Counted from the first letter of the stretch, positions 8,585 to 18,244 are shown. The stretch is DNA of 29,933 nucleotides from Minisyncoccia bacterium (GCA_051006535.1 JBPCTC010000076.1:1-29933), one strand, 5' to 3'. The notes: generated from the sequence alone by a model not told the origin. Made by a program: numbers and translations.

Positions 8585-10063
8585 ATGTCTCAATCAAATC
8601 CAATTACAATAGATAACTTTCAAGCAGGTGTTGGTGCATCACCTTATGTTGGGTTTGGTAAAATGGTAGGTTTAGACATATTTAATAAACCAGGAATAAT
8701 ACAATCTGGTCCTAGACTTGATAATACTGGAACAACTTTCTCTGGACTTGTTACTGCACAAGCTATATCTACTAACGGAACTCTATTTCAAGGAACATTC
8801 GATGGGAAGTTATATAAAAATGGCATATTGTTACAATCTGGTCTTGGAAGTGTACACGACCTAGCAATAATACAAGACTATCTAATTATATCTAAAAATG
8901 GCTCAACACTAGACCTATACGGTCCTATTTCTTCAGGTTCTTCATACGTAAGTAATTGGCAAACTGGTTTAGAAAACTCTGTATATGGTAAAAAGAAAAT
9001 GGTTGTGGGTAAAGATAACGTGGTTTACATAGGTAATGAAACAAAACTCGCTTCTATTACAGGTTTTAGTGCTGGTACAGGAACATTGAATACACAAATA
9101 CTTTTAACAGGTATCTTTAATGATAAGTCAGTACAAACAATATGTGAATATAATAGATACATAGCAATAATGACTGGTTCTGGTGGTTCAAGTTACGGAA
9201 ACTCAACTCTATATTTTATGGACAGAGGTACTGTAGATGTATCACAGGTTACTTTTTCTGTTGGTATAGGTATAGATATTCCAGAAAGAAACGTTACTCA
9301 AATGATAACTAATAATAACAAGTTATATTTCTTTGGTGGCGACACAGGAACTTTATATCAAACAAACCAAGTAACATATACAGCTGTCGCTATGCTTCCT
9401 AATAGATTAGCTTTGCAAACTTATTCAACGTATTGTAACGCAATTTCTTTGGTTAATAATCAAATATTAATTGGTGTTGGTGGAGACCACAACGATGCTT
9501 TTGATGTTGTATACGGTATATATGCTTTTAGAGGTAATGCTTTGGTATGCAAGAGTTTGATTTCTTCTGGTGGTTACGGACAGACAAATGCTATTTCTAT
9601 TGGTTCTATAATAGCAGGTGGTGGTGTAGATACTTATTTTGCATCTTGGCAAGACGGTTCTTCTGTTGGAGTAGACCAATCTAGTTTTAGACTTGGAACT
9701 AACTATAACGTATATTTTGAAAGTCCTTTTTATGAAACTGGTACTGCTATAAAGCCAAGAACATTTCAAACAGTTCAATTTAATTTTGCAAATAATTTAG
9801 TTTCTAGTCAGTCTTTACGCTTAAAATATAGAATAGCATCTAATGCAAGCTGGACTACATTTGCTACATATTCATATTCAGGAAACACACTAACAATGAC
9901 TTTTGCTGATGGTAGCGTGTCTTCACAAACAGGATTGTTTAATACATTTCATAGTAAATTTCCAGTAACCAACACAACAAATATGCAAGTGAGAGTAGAA
10001 TACAATACTGGAACTGCTACATATGGAACAAATATAGAATTACAATCAATAACACTAATTTAA
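8585..10063 (+). CDS. Putative tail nozzle / DNA-stabilisation protein (beta-propeller-like)
   Basis: 492 aa beta-rich; C-terminal YFESPFYETG...RTFQTVQF resembles P22 gp10/T7 gp12-like proteins; synteny. Confidence 0.55.
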   Translation: MSQSNPITIDNFQAGVGASPYVGFGKMVGLDIFNKPGIIQSGPRLDNTGTTFSGLVTAQAISTNGTLFQGTFDGKLYKNGILLQSGLGSVHDLAIIQDYLIISKNGSTLDLYGPISSGSSYVSNWQTGLENSVYGKKKMVVGKDNVVYIGNETKLASITGFSAGTGTLNTQILLTGIFNDKSVQTICEYNRYIAIMTGSGGSSYGNSTLYFMDRGTVDVSQVTFSVGIGIDIPERNVTQMITNNNKLYFFGGDTGTLYQTNQVTYTAVAMLPNRLALQTYSTYCNAISLVNNQILIGVGGDHNDAFDVVYGIYAFRGNALVCKSLISSGGYGQTNAISIGSIIAGGGVDTYFASWQDGSSVGVDQSSFRLGTNYNVYFESPFYETGTAIKPRTFQTVQFNFANNLVSSQSLRLKYRIASNASWTTFATYSYSGNTLTMTFADGSVSSQTGLFNTFHSKFPVTNTTNMQVRVEYNTGTATYGTNIELQSITLI

Positions 10064-10305
10064 TGACAATAGAACAACAAATACAACAAGAAATTCAAAG
10101 AATTGTACCTGCTATGATTGATGAAGCAGTAAGTTCTCACGACCATACACCTGGTAATTCACAAACAATACAAGGTTCAAGTTTATCACAAGCACCACAA
10201 CCTGCGGTTACTTTGCCGACTGGTGGTGCAGTAGTAGACTCACAATCACGAACGGCTATAGGAAGTATAGTGTCTAAATTACAAGCTTTAGGTCTATTAA
10301 ACTAG
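10063..10305 (+). CDS. Small structural protein (head-fibre-like C-terminus)
   Basis: PTGGAVVDSQSRTAIGSIVSKLQALGLL resembles a recurrent phage fibre motif; TAATG coupling. Confidence 0.55.
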   Translation: MTIEQQIQQEIQRIVPAMIDEAVSSHDHTPGNSQTIQGSSLSQAPQPAVTLPTGGAVVDSQSRTAIGSIVSKLQALGLLN

Positions 10306-10311
10306 TATAAT
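10306..10311 (+). promoter_or_regulatory. -10 element, leaderless start of ejection-protein genes
   Basis: AGTATAAT with ATG at 10318 (6 nt gap). Confidence 0.55.
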
Positions 10312-10317
10312 TTATTT

Positions 10318-12255
10318 ATGAAAGAAACTTTAGCTAATTCTCAAACTGCTTTTAATCAAGGTTCTAGTGTGCCGTTTATTAACTATTCTATTGACCCTAC
10401 ATTTTCATCTAAGGTTAAACCAAACAGCACAATTAACGCAGATAAAGTTTTTAGTAGCAATAATACATCACCTGTATTACCACCTAAACCAAAAACAAAT
10501 TCATTTATAGATACATTGCAAGTAGGAGACAAGTCAATGGGATTGTCTTCTGCCGAAGGTTTACAAAAAGATGTAACAACAGCACAAGGTTCTGTAGACG
10601 ACACAACTGCTGAAATAAAAAAGCTATTAGGACAACTTGGTTATCAAGCTGACGATGTTGCTAAAATGCAAAGTCAGGCAGATATTGTTGGTAAACAGGG
10701 TTCTCTTACAGACCTAAATACACAATATGCACAAAAGCGTGCTGACTATCTAAAGAAAGAAAATGCTATAACAGGACAAGGCATAGCAACTCCTTTTAAA
10801 CAAGGTCAATTAGCACTAGAACGAGTACAGGCACAAACAGAACTAGGTTCTTTGGCAGCACAAATTCAAGCTGCACAAGGTAATCTTGAAACTGCTTTTT
10901 CTACAATAGACCAGACTATAAAACAAAAATATACTCCAATACAAGACCAGTTAAATACACAGTTGAAGTATTACGAACTAAATAAAGATAAGTTAAGTTC
11001 TGCACAGAAAGCACTTGCTGATAGACAAGTTTCATACCTAGAAGCTCGTAAAGACCAAGTAAAGAGTGAACAGAAGGTATTTGAGGATGCGTATTCTAGT
11101 ATAAATCAAGCTATAAAAGACGGAACAGTAGACTCAACTGTTGGCTTCAAAGCCTTAGGTGAAATGTTAAACGGAAAACTTCCTAGTGAAGTCTTAAGTA
11201 GTCTTGGAATACAAACAAATGCACAAGCAAGTAACTTAGCATCTGCTATTTCTTCGGTAGAAAGTTCAGGTAATTATCAAGCTGTTGGTAGAACATTGAC
11301 CAAAGGAGAAAATGCAGGTTATGCAGCATTAGGTAAATACCAAATTATGCCAAATATATGGTTTGCTTCTATAGGACTTGACCCTAACAGTGAAGCTGAC
11401 AAAAACAAATTCTTAAATACACCCGAATTGCAAGAACAACTATTCACACATATAATTGAAACTCTACAAAAACAATATGGTGGAGATAATGCTAAAGCTG
11501 TAGCTGCTTACTTCGGTGGTGCAGATGCTGCTAAAGCATACGGAACATCAGCTGGTGATAAAATGACAGACGGAAATATGTCAGTAAATGAATACGTTAA
11601 TAGTGTTCTAGGTAAAATTCCAAAAGACTACTCTAATATAATAAATGTTGTTAAGAATATGGAAACTACTGTAGCTGGTAAAAATTCTGTACAGAAAGAA
11701 CTTACAAAATCTTTACAACAAGGAGATTATAAAACTGCATACAATCAGATTTTAAATACTGTAGAAAATAGTATTACTGGTGAAGCAAAACAACGCTTTT
11801 CAAACGCTAGAACTGATGCACAAGTTATGCTTGGTCTTAAGAATGCAATACAAAAATACTCTGATAATGGAGGTGATATGGGGTTATTGAAAGGAACAGC
11901 AGAACAAATTGAAAGAAAACTTGGTCAGGTTAAAAATCCTGCTCTTGCAACATTAGCTGTTCAACTACAACGTGAATTCCAAACTTATCGTAACACAATG
12001 ACAGGTGCTGCTTTTGGACCAGATGAGTCAAGAGAATATGCATCTGTAAACCCTACAACAAATAAATCACTAGACTTAAACCTTGCTGTTATAAATGGTG
12101 CATTAAATCAATTAAACAATAGAATAGACTCAACTGTGGACTCACGTGTAACAGGTGTGTCAGAAATAAGACAGAAAGCACAGCAAACAGGTTCTGAAAC
12201 AAGCACGGAAGGTTTTCAAGTATCACCTGGTGGATTAAAATTTAAAATCTTATAA
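10318..12255 (+). CDS. Putative internal virion/ejection protein with lytic transglycosylase-like domain
   Basis: Q/A-rich helical 645 aa; central AISSVESSGNYQA...ALGKYQIMP...AVAAYFGG fits a lysozyme/SLT-like catalytic pattern. Confidence 0.7.
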   Translation: MKETLANSQTAFNQGSSVPFINYSIDPTFSSKVKPNSTINADKVFSSNNTSPVLPPKPKTNSFIDTLQVGDKSMGLSSAEGLQKDVTTAQGSVDDTTAEIKKLLGQLGYQADDVAKMQSQADIVGKQGSLTDLNTQYAQKRADYLKKENAITGQGIATPFKQGQLALERVQAQTELGSLAAQIQAAQGNLETAFSTIDQTIKQKYTPIQDQLNTQLKYYELNKDKLSSAQKALADRQVSYLEARKDQVKSEQKVFEDAYSSINQAIKDGTVDSTVGFKALGEMLNGKLPSEVLSSLGIQTNAQASNLASAISSVESSGNYQAVGRTLTKGENAGYAALGKYQIMPNIWFASIGLDPNSEADKNKFLNTPELQEQLFTHIIETLQKQYGGDNAKAVAAYFGGADAAKAYGTSAGDKMTDGNMSVNEYVNSVLGKIPKDYSNIINVVKNMETTVAGKNSVQKELTKSLQQGDYKTAYNQILNTVENSITGEAKQRFSNARTDAQVMLGLKNAIQKYSDNGGDMGLLKGTAEQIERKLGQVKNPALATLAVQLQREFQTYRNTMTGAAFGPDESREYASVNPTTNKSLDLNLAVINGALNQLNNRIDSTVDSRVTGVSEIRQKAQQTGSETSTEGFQVSPGGLKFKIL

Positions 12256-12257
12256 CT

Positions 12258-13889
12258 ATGGCAATAATTCAATTTGAAGACGGTACAAAAGTGGAAGTTC
12301 AAGGTACACCAACACCTGCTGATATTGACTACATATATAGTCAAATAAAAAGACCACAAGAAACACTAGAAAGTAAACTAGCATCTCAAGATACTGGTTT
12401 CTTTAGTGGTTTAGGTGCGAGAACCGCACAAGAACAACTAGCTGGAGCTAAACACATTAAGGAAACATTTCAAAAAGGTGTATCTAATATGGAAGAAGGT
12501 GCATCAAAAGGAACGTTTGGTGGGAAAATACAACAATTAAAAGGTGCTGCACAAACAGTGTTTGGTGGTATATCAGGAGCTGCACAGGCTCTATTTGCAC
12601 CTGCCACAGCAGTTGTAAACCCTATATTAAAAAAAGTAGCTCCTGTAGCAGAAAAACTTCAACCTTATACACAAATTGTTTCTGACCCAATTAAGGGTTT
12701 AGTAATGGCAAAATTAGACCCGATTTTAAAAGAAAAAATTACTCCCAAAATACAAGAATTATTAGACAAAAACCCAGACAATACGCAATTGGTTGGTGAT
12801 ATAGTAAATACACTGTTACTTGGTGTTGGTGGAGAGTCAAAATCAGTTACTAATGCTTTGAAAGAAGGAACATCAAAAGAAGCTTTGAAGTTAAGTGCAC
12901 AATCTATTAAAGAAATACCTGATACCTTTCTTAAGACAGCTTCAAAAGTTGAAAATGTATTTACTCCTGCTACGTTTGAACAAAATCTTAACAAAGCAAT
13001 TCCTGTTCTTAAAAAAGATATAACTAACTTACCTCAAAAAGTTAGTAGTGCAAAAGTTGCTCTAACTGATATAGCAAAGAATAAAGAAAGTATTGGATTA
13101 GTAGATAAAAATGGAGCACCTAGAAACCCAGAGAACTTTATAGAAACAGTAGAAGCACAACAGAAACGTAAACCAGAAATATACAAAGAATATACAGATA
13201 AGCTTTCAGAAGTAGACAAACCAAAATTTGAAGCAGACATCTCCAACAGCATAAAAGACCAAATAAAAAACGTTGAAGACAAGCTCGTGGTAGAAAATTC
13301 TATAGATAACAGACGTGCCTTAAATAAGATTAAAGGTGAACTTTCTACATTAAGAGATATATCACCTAAAGGTATACAAGATTATATACAGACTATAAAT
13401 CAAAAAGTTAAACCACTTGCACCAGGTGGCTCTCTAACACCCGAACAAATACAATATGCAAACTTAGGTGGCGACTTAAGAAAACTACTTGATAGTTCTA
13501 TTGAAAAAATAGATGGTACTGGTTACCAAGATGTTAGAAATGTTTATTCTGCACATAAAAATATAGAGTCCCAATTATTAATGGCGGCTAAAAAAGAAAT
13601 GAACGCAATACCAGGCTTTACAGAAAAATTAGGCAATGTTGGTTTAACATTAGAAGGACTAGATTTCTTACTTACACATAACCCTAAATCACTTGTTATT
13701 GGTGGTGGTATAAAAGGTATATCTAAGCTAGTTACGTGGTTAAATAGCCCACAAAGAGCTTTGAAAAACCTATTTAAGGAAGTAGAAACTCAAATTAAAC
13801 CTAGTTTGTCTAGTCCCCAAGCTACAAATACTATAGCTAATACTGTTAAAATTAATCCCATATCTAAAAGTGTACCATTAAAGAAGTAA
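12258..13889 (+). CDS. Putative second ejection protein
   Basis: 543 aa helical, K/E/A/G-rich; N-terminal IQFEDGTKVEVQGTPTPADID motif; synteny. Confidence 0.55.
   Translation: MAIIQFEDGTKVEVQGTPTPADIDYIYSQIKRPQETLESKLASQDTGFFSGLGARTAQEQLAGAKHIKETFQKGVSNMEEGASKGTFGGKIQQLKGAAQTVFGGISGAAQALFAPATAVVNPILKKVAPVAEKLQPYTQIVSDPIKGLVMAKLDPILKEKITPKIQELLDKNPDNTQLVGDIVNTLLLGVGGESKSVTNALKEGTSKEALKLSAQSIKEIPDTFLKTASKVENVFTPATFEQNLNKAIPVLKKDITNLPQKVSSAKVALTDIAKNKESIGLVDKNGAPRNPENFIETVEAQQKRKPEIYKEYTDKLSEVDKPKFEADISNSIKDQIKNVEDKLVVENSIDNRRALNKIKGELSTLRDISPKGIQDYIQTINQKVKPLAPGGSLTPEQIQYANLGGDLRKLLDSSIEKIDGTGYQDVRNVYSAHKNIESQLLMAAKKEMNAIPGFTEKLGNVGLTLEGLDFLLTHNPKSLVIGGGIKGISKLVTWLNSPQRALKNLFKEVETQIKPSLSSPQATNTIANTVKINPISKSVPLKK
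13790..13861 (-). CDS. Antisense single-TM micropeptide MGLILTVLAIVFVAWGLDKLGLI (23 aa; not in ORF track)
   Basis: Clean ATG..TGA on the minus strand; hydrophobic; own putative promoter TTTACG-N17-TACACT with TG extension, 7 nt before the ATG. Confidence 0.5.
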   Translation of the reverse strand: MGLILTVLAIVFVAWGLDKLGLI

Positions 13890-13897
13890 AACGTAAA
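13869..13897 (-). promoter_or_regulatory. Putative leftward promoter for the antisense micropeptide
   Basis: Minus strand: TTTACG (13897-92), 17 nt spacer, TGG-TACACT (13874-69). Confidence 0.45.
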
Positions 13898-13904
13898 CTA
13901 TCAG

Positions 13905-13910
13905 TATAAT
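13905..13910 (+). promoter_or_regulatory. -10 element, leaderless start of the fibre module
   Basis: AGTATAAT with ATG at 13917 (6 nt gap). Confidence 0.55.
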
Positions 13911-13916
13911 ATACAT

Positions 13917-15464
13917 ATGACACCACAAGAAAAACTACTAGAACTATTGCAGAAGCAAAAGAAAGATAAGGAAATGCAAAGTCCTAGTGGTCTTATCGAT
14001 GCTTTAGTAAAAAATGTACAGATGTTAAAAGGTGAACAAGGTATACAAGGTGAACGTGGAGAAAAGGGAGACAAAGGTGATAAGGGAGATAAAGGAGAAA
14101 AGGGAGATAAAGGTGATAATGGTAAAGACGGTAAAAACGGTAAAGATGGTAAAAACGGAATTGATGGTAAAAATGGAAAAGACGGAAATGATGGTATTGA
14201 CGGCAAAGACGGTAAGGATGGAATAAACGGTTCACCTGATACATCAGAAGACATAAGAAATAAACTTGAACTATTAGCAGGTGATGACCGTCTAAAATTA
14301 GATGCTCTTTCAGGTGTAGAAAAGTTTAGGAATAATCTTTTGGAAGTAATGAACCAAGGATTAATGTCTTTAGACAATTTTAAAGGTACTGGTGTAGCAT
14401 TAAATGGTGTAAAAATAGGAAATGCAAATGAAATAAACTTTATAGGTTCTGTTTCTGTTGTAAATAATTCAAACCAAGGTGTAGATGTATCTATTTCAGG
14501 TGGTACTGGCGGAAGTTTAACACTCCAAACAAATGGTACTCCTAACGGTTCTCAAACACTCCTAAACCTAGCATCTACTTCACCTATAAGTGTTGCAGAC
14601 AATGGAACTGGAACTGTTACTATTGGTATTGCTACTGCCGATACTGCAACAACAGGTGCTTTGACCTCTATAGATTGGAATACATTTAATAATAAGGTAA
14701 CTTCTGTATCAGGTACAGTAGGTGAAATAAACGTAACAGGTACTACACAATCACCTGTCGTTGGACTTGCTACCACAGCAGTAACTCCTGGTTCATACAC
14801 TAACGCAAACATAACCGTAGACGCTTACGGACGCATTACACTAGCGTCTAACGGTACTGGTGGTACAGCTACACTAACAGCGACTTATGCTGGTTATGGT
14901 GATGGTACAAATAATCTTACAGGTAACGCAGACTACATATATGACATAAACAACAACTATTTTAAAGTAGGATTTGCTACTAAAAAATACCTTGAACTAG
15001 ATAAAACAAACAACCTATACCAAATAGGTGATTTAGATATTTCTAATAATGGTACATACTTCAAAGTAGATGATGCTACACAGAAATATACACTAAATAA
15101 ACTCCCAAGTAGTACAGTAACATTTAATGGGTTCGTAACTACAGACTCTAGTGGCGTGCTAGGCGTAGATACAAACAGATACTATACTCGTTCAACAACA
15201 GTAACCAATATAAGTTTATCTGCAGGTTCAAATACATATACAGATTACAAATACATTTGTACTACAACACTTACTCTTACACTACCAGACCCAACAACTA
15301 TCACGCAAAATCACTACACTATCGCAACTAACGGTTCAGGTACAATACTAGTAGATACTGTAGCAGGTCTTATCAATGGGTCGTCCACTTATTCACTTAA
15401 CGGTTCACTATATGAAGTCATAACAGTAATGTCAGACGGACTAGGTAACTATGTAATTATATAA
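13917..15464 (+). CDS. Collagen-like-repeat fibre protein
   Basis: 23 Gly-X-Y triplets followed by T/S/G/N-rich fibre segments (GSYTNANITVDAYGRITLASNG). Confidence 0.8.
   Translation: MTPQEKLLELLQKQKKDKEMQSPSGLIDALVKNVQMLKGEQGIQGERGEKGDKGDKGDKGEKGDKGDNGKDGKNGKDGKNGIDGKNGKDGNDGIDGKDGKDGINGSPDTSEDIRNKLELLAGDDRLKLDALSGVEKFRNNLLEVMNQGLMSLDNFKGTGVALNGVKIGNANEINFIGSVSVVNNSNQGVDVSISGGTGGSLTLQTNGTPNGSQTLLNLASTSPISVADNGTGTVTIGIATADTATTGALTSIDWNTFNNKVTSVSGTVGEINVTGTTQSPVVGLATTAVTPGSYTNANITVDAYGRITLASNGTGGTATLTATYAGYGDGTNNLTGNADYIYDINNNYFKVGFATKKYLELDKTNNLYQIGDLDISNNGTYFKVDDATQKYTLNKLPSSTVTFNGFVTTDSSGVLGVDTNRYYTRSTTVTNISLSAGSNTYTDYKYICTTTLTLTLPDPTTITQNHYTIATNGSGTILVDTVAGLINGSSTYSLNGSLYEVITVMSDGLGNYVII
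14031..14237 (+). repeat. Gly-X-Y collagen-like repeat (GDK/GKD/GKN)
   Basis: GEQ GIQ GER GEK GDK ... GIN GSP, 9-nt periodic repeat. Confidence 0.95.
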
Positions 15465-15465
15465 T

Positions 15466-17526
15466 ATGTCAGCAAATAGTAATGCAATTAAAATAGGGGA
15501 AAAAATCATTTATTCCGACTCGGGGACAGATGCAGTTTTAACTGTAAAAGCACAAACAGCAGTAAACACTAAAGGACACGATATGTACTACTTTGGTGGC
15601 GATGGAAATGGAACTGGTATAGGGGGTAACTTTATGATACAGGCAGGTTCTGGTACAAATGGTGGACACTCTTATCTTATGGGAGGTGTACCAACAGCAG
15701 GGGCTGGAGGGGATGTATACTTTGAAGCAACAGATGCAGTAGGTGGGAATAATAACGGTGGTAATGCAAAATTCTATGCAGGACGCAAGTCAGGTTCAGG
15801 TGTAAACGGACAATTCCAATTCTACCCTTACGGTGGTTTTGGTGGTGGTATCGGTATACTAGACTTTGATTTACTTGGTTCTACAAACAGAACTTACACT
15901 TTCCCAGATGCAAGTGGAACAATAGCTCTAACATCTTCACTTTCAGGTTATGTACCTTATACAAGTGCAACAACAGACTTAGACTTAAACGCAAAATCAT
16001 TTAAAAACTTCTTCATCTCTAAAACTGCAGATGTAACAGCTAAGTTTGCATTTGATGTGTCTGCTCTAAGTACAGCAACTACACGAACACTTACAGTGCC
16101 TAACCGTTCTCTAACACTAGATAACATCACAACTTCAACGACTTCAAATGGTACAGGTTTTGTAAAGGCAAATGGTACAAGTATTACTTTTGATAATTCT
16201 ACATATTTAACAAGTGCAGTAACATCTATAGCAACAGCAGGTCTTATCTCTGGCGGTACTATCACTTCTACAGGTACAATAACAACTTCAATGGCTACAG
16301 GTAAACTTGTAGGTCGTGGTACAGCAGGTACAGGTGTAATGGAAGAAATAACCATTGGTTCTGGTCTTACACTTACAGGTACAACACTATCAGCAAGTGG
16401 TGGTGGCTCTAGTGCTATATCAGGTCTTACTGCAGCAAGTGCTACAAACACAATAGACAACACAAACTATGCACAGGAATGGCAGTGGTCTACTTTAGCA
16501 GGTGCAAGTGCTTTGAAACTTTCTTCTACTTCAACAGCTGCTGCAAGTAATACACAGAAATTATTTGAACTAGCCCTTTCAGGTGCTAACGGAACATCAT
16601 CACAAACTACATACGCACAATATGTAACAAACACCCATACAGGTACATCAAGTACAAACGTAGCAGGTTATTTCTCTGCTAGTGGTGGTACAACAAACTA
16701 CGCTCTACACGCTCGCACACAAGTAACATCTACAAGTGCTGTAGCTCCTGTAATGATAATAAACGCAGACTCAACAGGTACAACATCAGCAGGTTTTGGT
16801 GGAAGTCTAGCTTTTAGAGCAAGATTAAACACAACTTCTGACTCTGACTTAGGTAACATTTCTTATGAAGTAGACGGTACTGGTTTCGGTGGTTCAGGAA
16901 AACTAAAGTTCAATGTGCTTCGTAACGGTGCAGTTAATACATATCTAACAATATCAGGTAACGGTTCAGGTACATCTCAATTCGCAGGTGTTATAAATGT
17001 AGACGGTATGGCAAGTAACTTCTCACGTTTTGGTTACGATAGTAACAACTATATGAAACTTAGTAGTACATCTTCTGCTCAGATAACGTTTGACGTACAA
17101 AACAATACGGGTACACCATCATATAACTTTGCAAACGCTAACTTTGGTATTGGTACAGGTACAACAGTATCAGCTAAACTTCACGTTATAAAGACTACAG
17201 AACAGATACGTTCTGGTTACGATGCAAGTAACTATATGTCTATAACGACAGGCTCTACAGGCTCAACTACATTCGCTCTTACAGGTACAAATGCAGAATT
17301 TACTTTCTCACAGAAAACAAACTTTACTGGTGCAGTTGTATTAGGAAATACAATAACATTAAAAGCATATACCGTTGCTACACTTCCTATTGCTCCAGCA
17401 GTAGGTATGGAATGTTATGTTACAGATGCACTAGCACCTGCAATGGGAGCAACTGTAGCTGGTGGCGGTGCTGCGTACGCTAAGGTATGGTACAACAACG
17501 CAAACTGGACTGTAACAGGAGTATAA
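15466..17526 (+). CDS. Long tail fibre / receptor-binding protein
   Basis: 686 aa, very G/T/S-rich; C-terminal AYTVATLP...CYVTDA...GGG...WYNNANW fibre motif. Confidence 0.7.
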   Translation: MSANSNAIKIGEKIIYSDSGTDAVLTVKAQTAVNTKGHDMYYFGGDGNGTGIGGNFMIQAGSGTNGGHSYLMGGVPTAGAGGDVYFEATDAVGGNNNGGNAKFYAGRKSGSGVNGQFQFYPYGGFGGGIGILDFDLLGSTNRTYTFPDASGTIALTSSLSGYVPYTSATTDLDLNAKSFKNFFISKTADVTAKFAFDVSALSTATTRTLTVPNRSLTLDNITTSTTSNGTGFVKANGTSITFDNSTYLTSAVTSIATAGLISGGTITSTGTITTSMATGKLVGRGTAGTGVMEEITIGSGLTLTGTTLSASGGGSSAISGLTAASATNTIDNTNYAQEWQWSTLAGASALKLSSTSTAAASNTQKLFELALSGANGTSSQTTYAQYVTNTHTGTSSTNVAGYFSASGGTTNYALHARTQVTSTSAVAPVMIINADSTGTTSAGFGGSLAFRARLNTTSDSDLGNISYEVDGTGFGGSGKLKFNVLRNGAVNTYLTISGNGSGTSQFAGVINVDGMASNFSRFGYDSNNYMKLSSTSSAQITFDVQNNTGTPSYNFANANFGIGTGTTVSAKLHVIKTTEQIRSGYDASNYMSITTGSTGSTTFALTGTNAEFTFSQKTNFTGAVVLGNTITLKAYTVATLPIAPAVGMECYVTDALAPAMGATVAGGGAAYAKVWYNNANWTVTGV

Positions 17527-17548
17527 TTATAATTAACAATAAAAATAT

Positions 17549-17761
17549 ATGGAAAACAATATACAAAAATATAGTGAAACAGAAATAGCAGTGTACCCAG
17601 AAGTACAACCTATTGTTTATTCAAAAGACTTTTTAATACAAAAAATATCAAGTATTGAAAATGGTATACTAGAACAGACAGAAGAAAAAGCTAAGTGGGA
17701 AACACTACTAGCAAAGGCAGTGGAATTAGAAGTTAAAACGTTAGAAGAAATCAATGGATAA
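17549..17761 (+). CDS. Hypothetical protein (70 aa), possible fibre chaperone
   Basis: Directly after the fibre gene; coiled-coil C-terminus. Confidence 0.6.
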   Translation: MENNIQKYSETEIAVYPEVQPIVYSKDFLIQKISSIENGILEQTEEKAKWETLLAKAVELEVKTLEEING

Positions 17762-18152
17762 TTCGCACGAACCTGTAACTAAAGAAATGTGGTATCAAGC
17801 CAACGTTAATATGAAAGACACTATAAAAGAGTTTGGAAATGATATAAAAGACTTACGAACAGATGTCCGTACTATTTCCGATACTCTGGGTAAAGTTTTA
17901 GTACAAACTACTACTACTAATGGGCGTGTAAATAAATTAGATGATTGGTCTATAGAAGCTAAAACACTAATGGAAGCACATAGTACACAACTATCAGAAA
18001 ACAAAACACAGTTTTCTCGTATATGGGGTGGCGTTGCAGTTCTTATGGTTGTAGGTGGTGCGATAATAACATTGTCAATAATGGCAATAAATAATAAAAT
18101 AAAAGAAGGCATACATGACGCATTATCAACATATAATATAGAAGTAAAATGA
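17754..18152 (+). CDS. Coiled-coil plus C-terminal TM protein (holin-like)
   Basis: TNGRVNKLDDW motif; TM segment IWGGVAVLMVVGGAIITLSIMAI; start of the lysis region. Confidence 0.55.
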   Translation: MDNSHEPVTKEMWYQANVNMKDTIKEFGNDIKDLRTDVRTISDTLGKVLVQTTTTNGRVNKLDDWSIEAKTLMEAHSTQLSENKTQFSRIWGGVAVLMVVGGAIITLSIMAINNKIKEGIHDALSTYNIEVK

Positions 18153-18244
18153 AAACAATAACACTAACTAAAAAACCAAAGAAAACAATAATCTTAACAA
18201 AGAAAGTTCCAAAGATTAAAGTATCAGGTAAAAAATATGCCTAA
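18149..18244 (+). CDS. Lysine-rich micropeptide (31 aa; not in ORF track)
   Basis: MKTITLTKKPKKTIILTKKVPKIKVSGKKYA; ATGA overlap with the upstream stop and 8-nt overlap with the downstream ORF. Confidence 0.65.
   Translation: MKTITLTKKPKKTIILTKKVPKIKVSGKKYA

Noticed and set aside
14031-14237. Periodic repeats as a CRISPR array or DGR template/variable repeat
   Set aside because: They are in-frame collagen codons; there are no spacers, cas genes or reverse transcriptase in the window.
13901-14377. 158-aa minus-strand ORF with PSL/PFL repeats
   Set aside because: It is the antisense shadow of the collagen Gly-X-Y repeat, which lacks stops in that frame.
17522-18137. Other TATAAT hexamers (15459, 17522, 17528, 18132)
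   Set aside because: Spacing to the next ATG is not 6-7 nt and there is no -35; expected by chance in AT-rich DNA.
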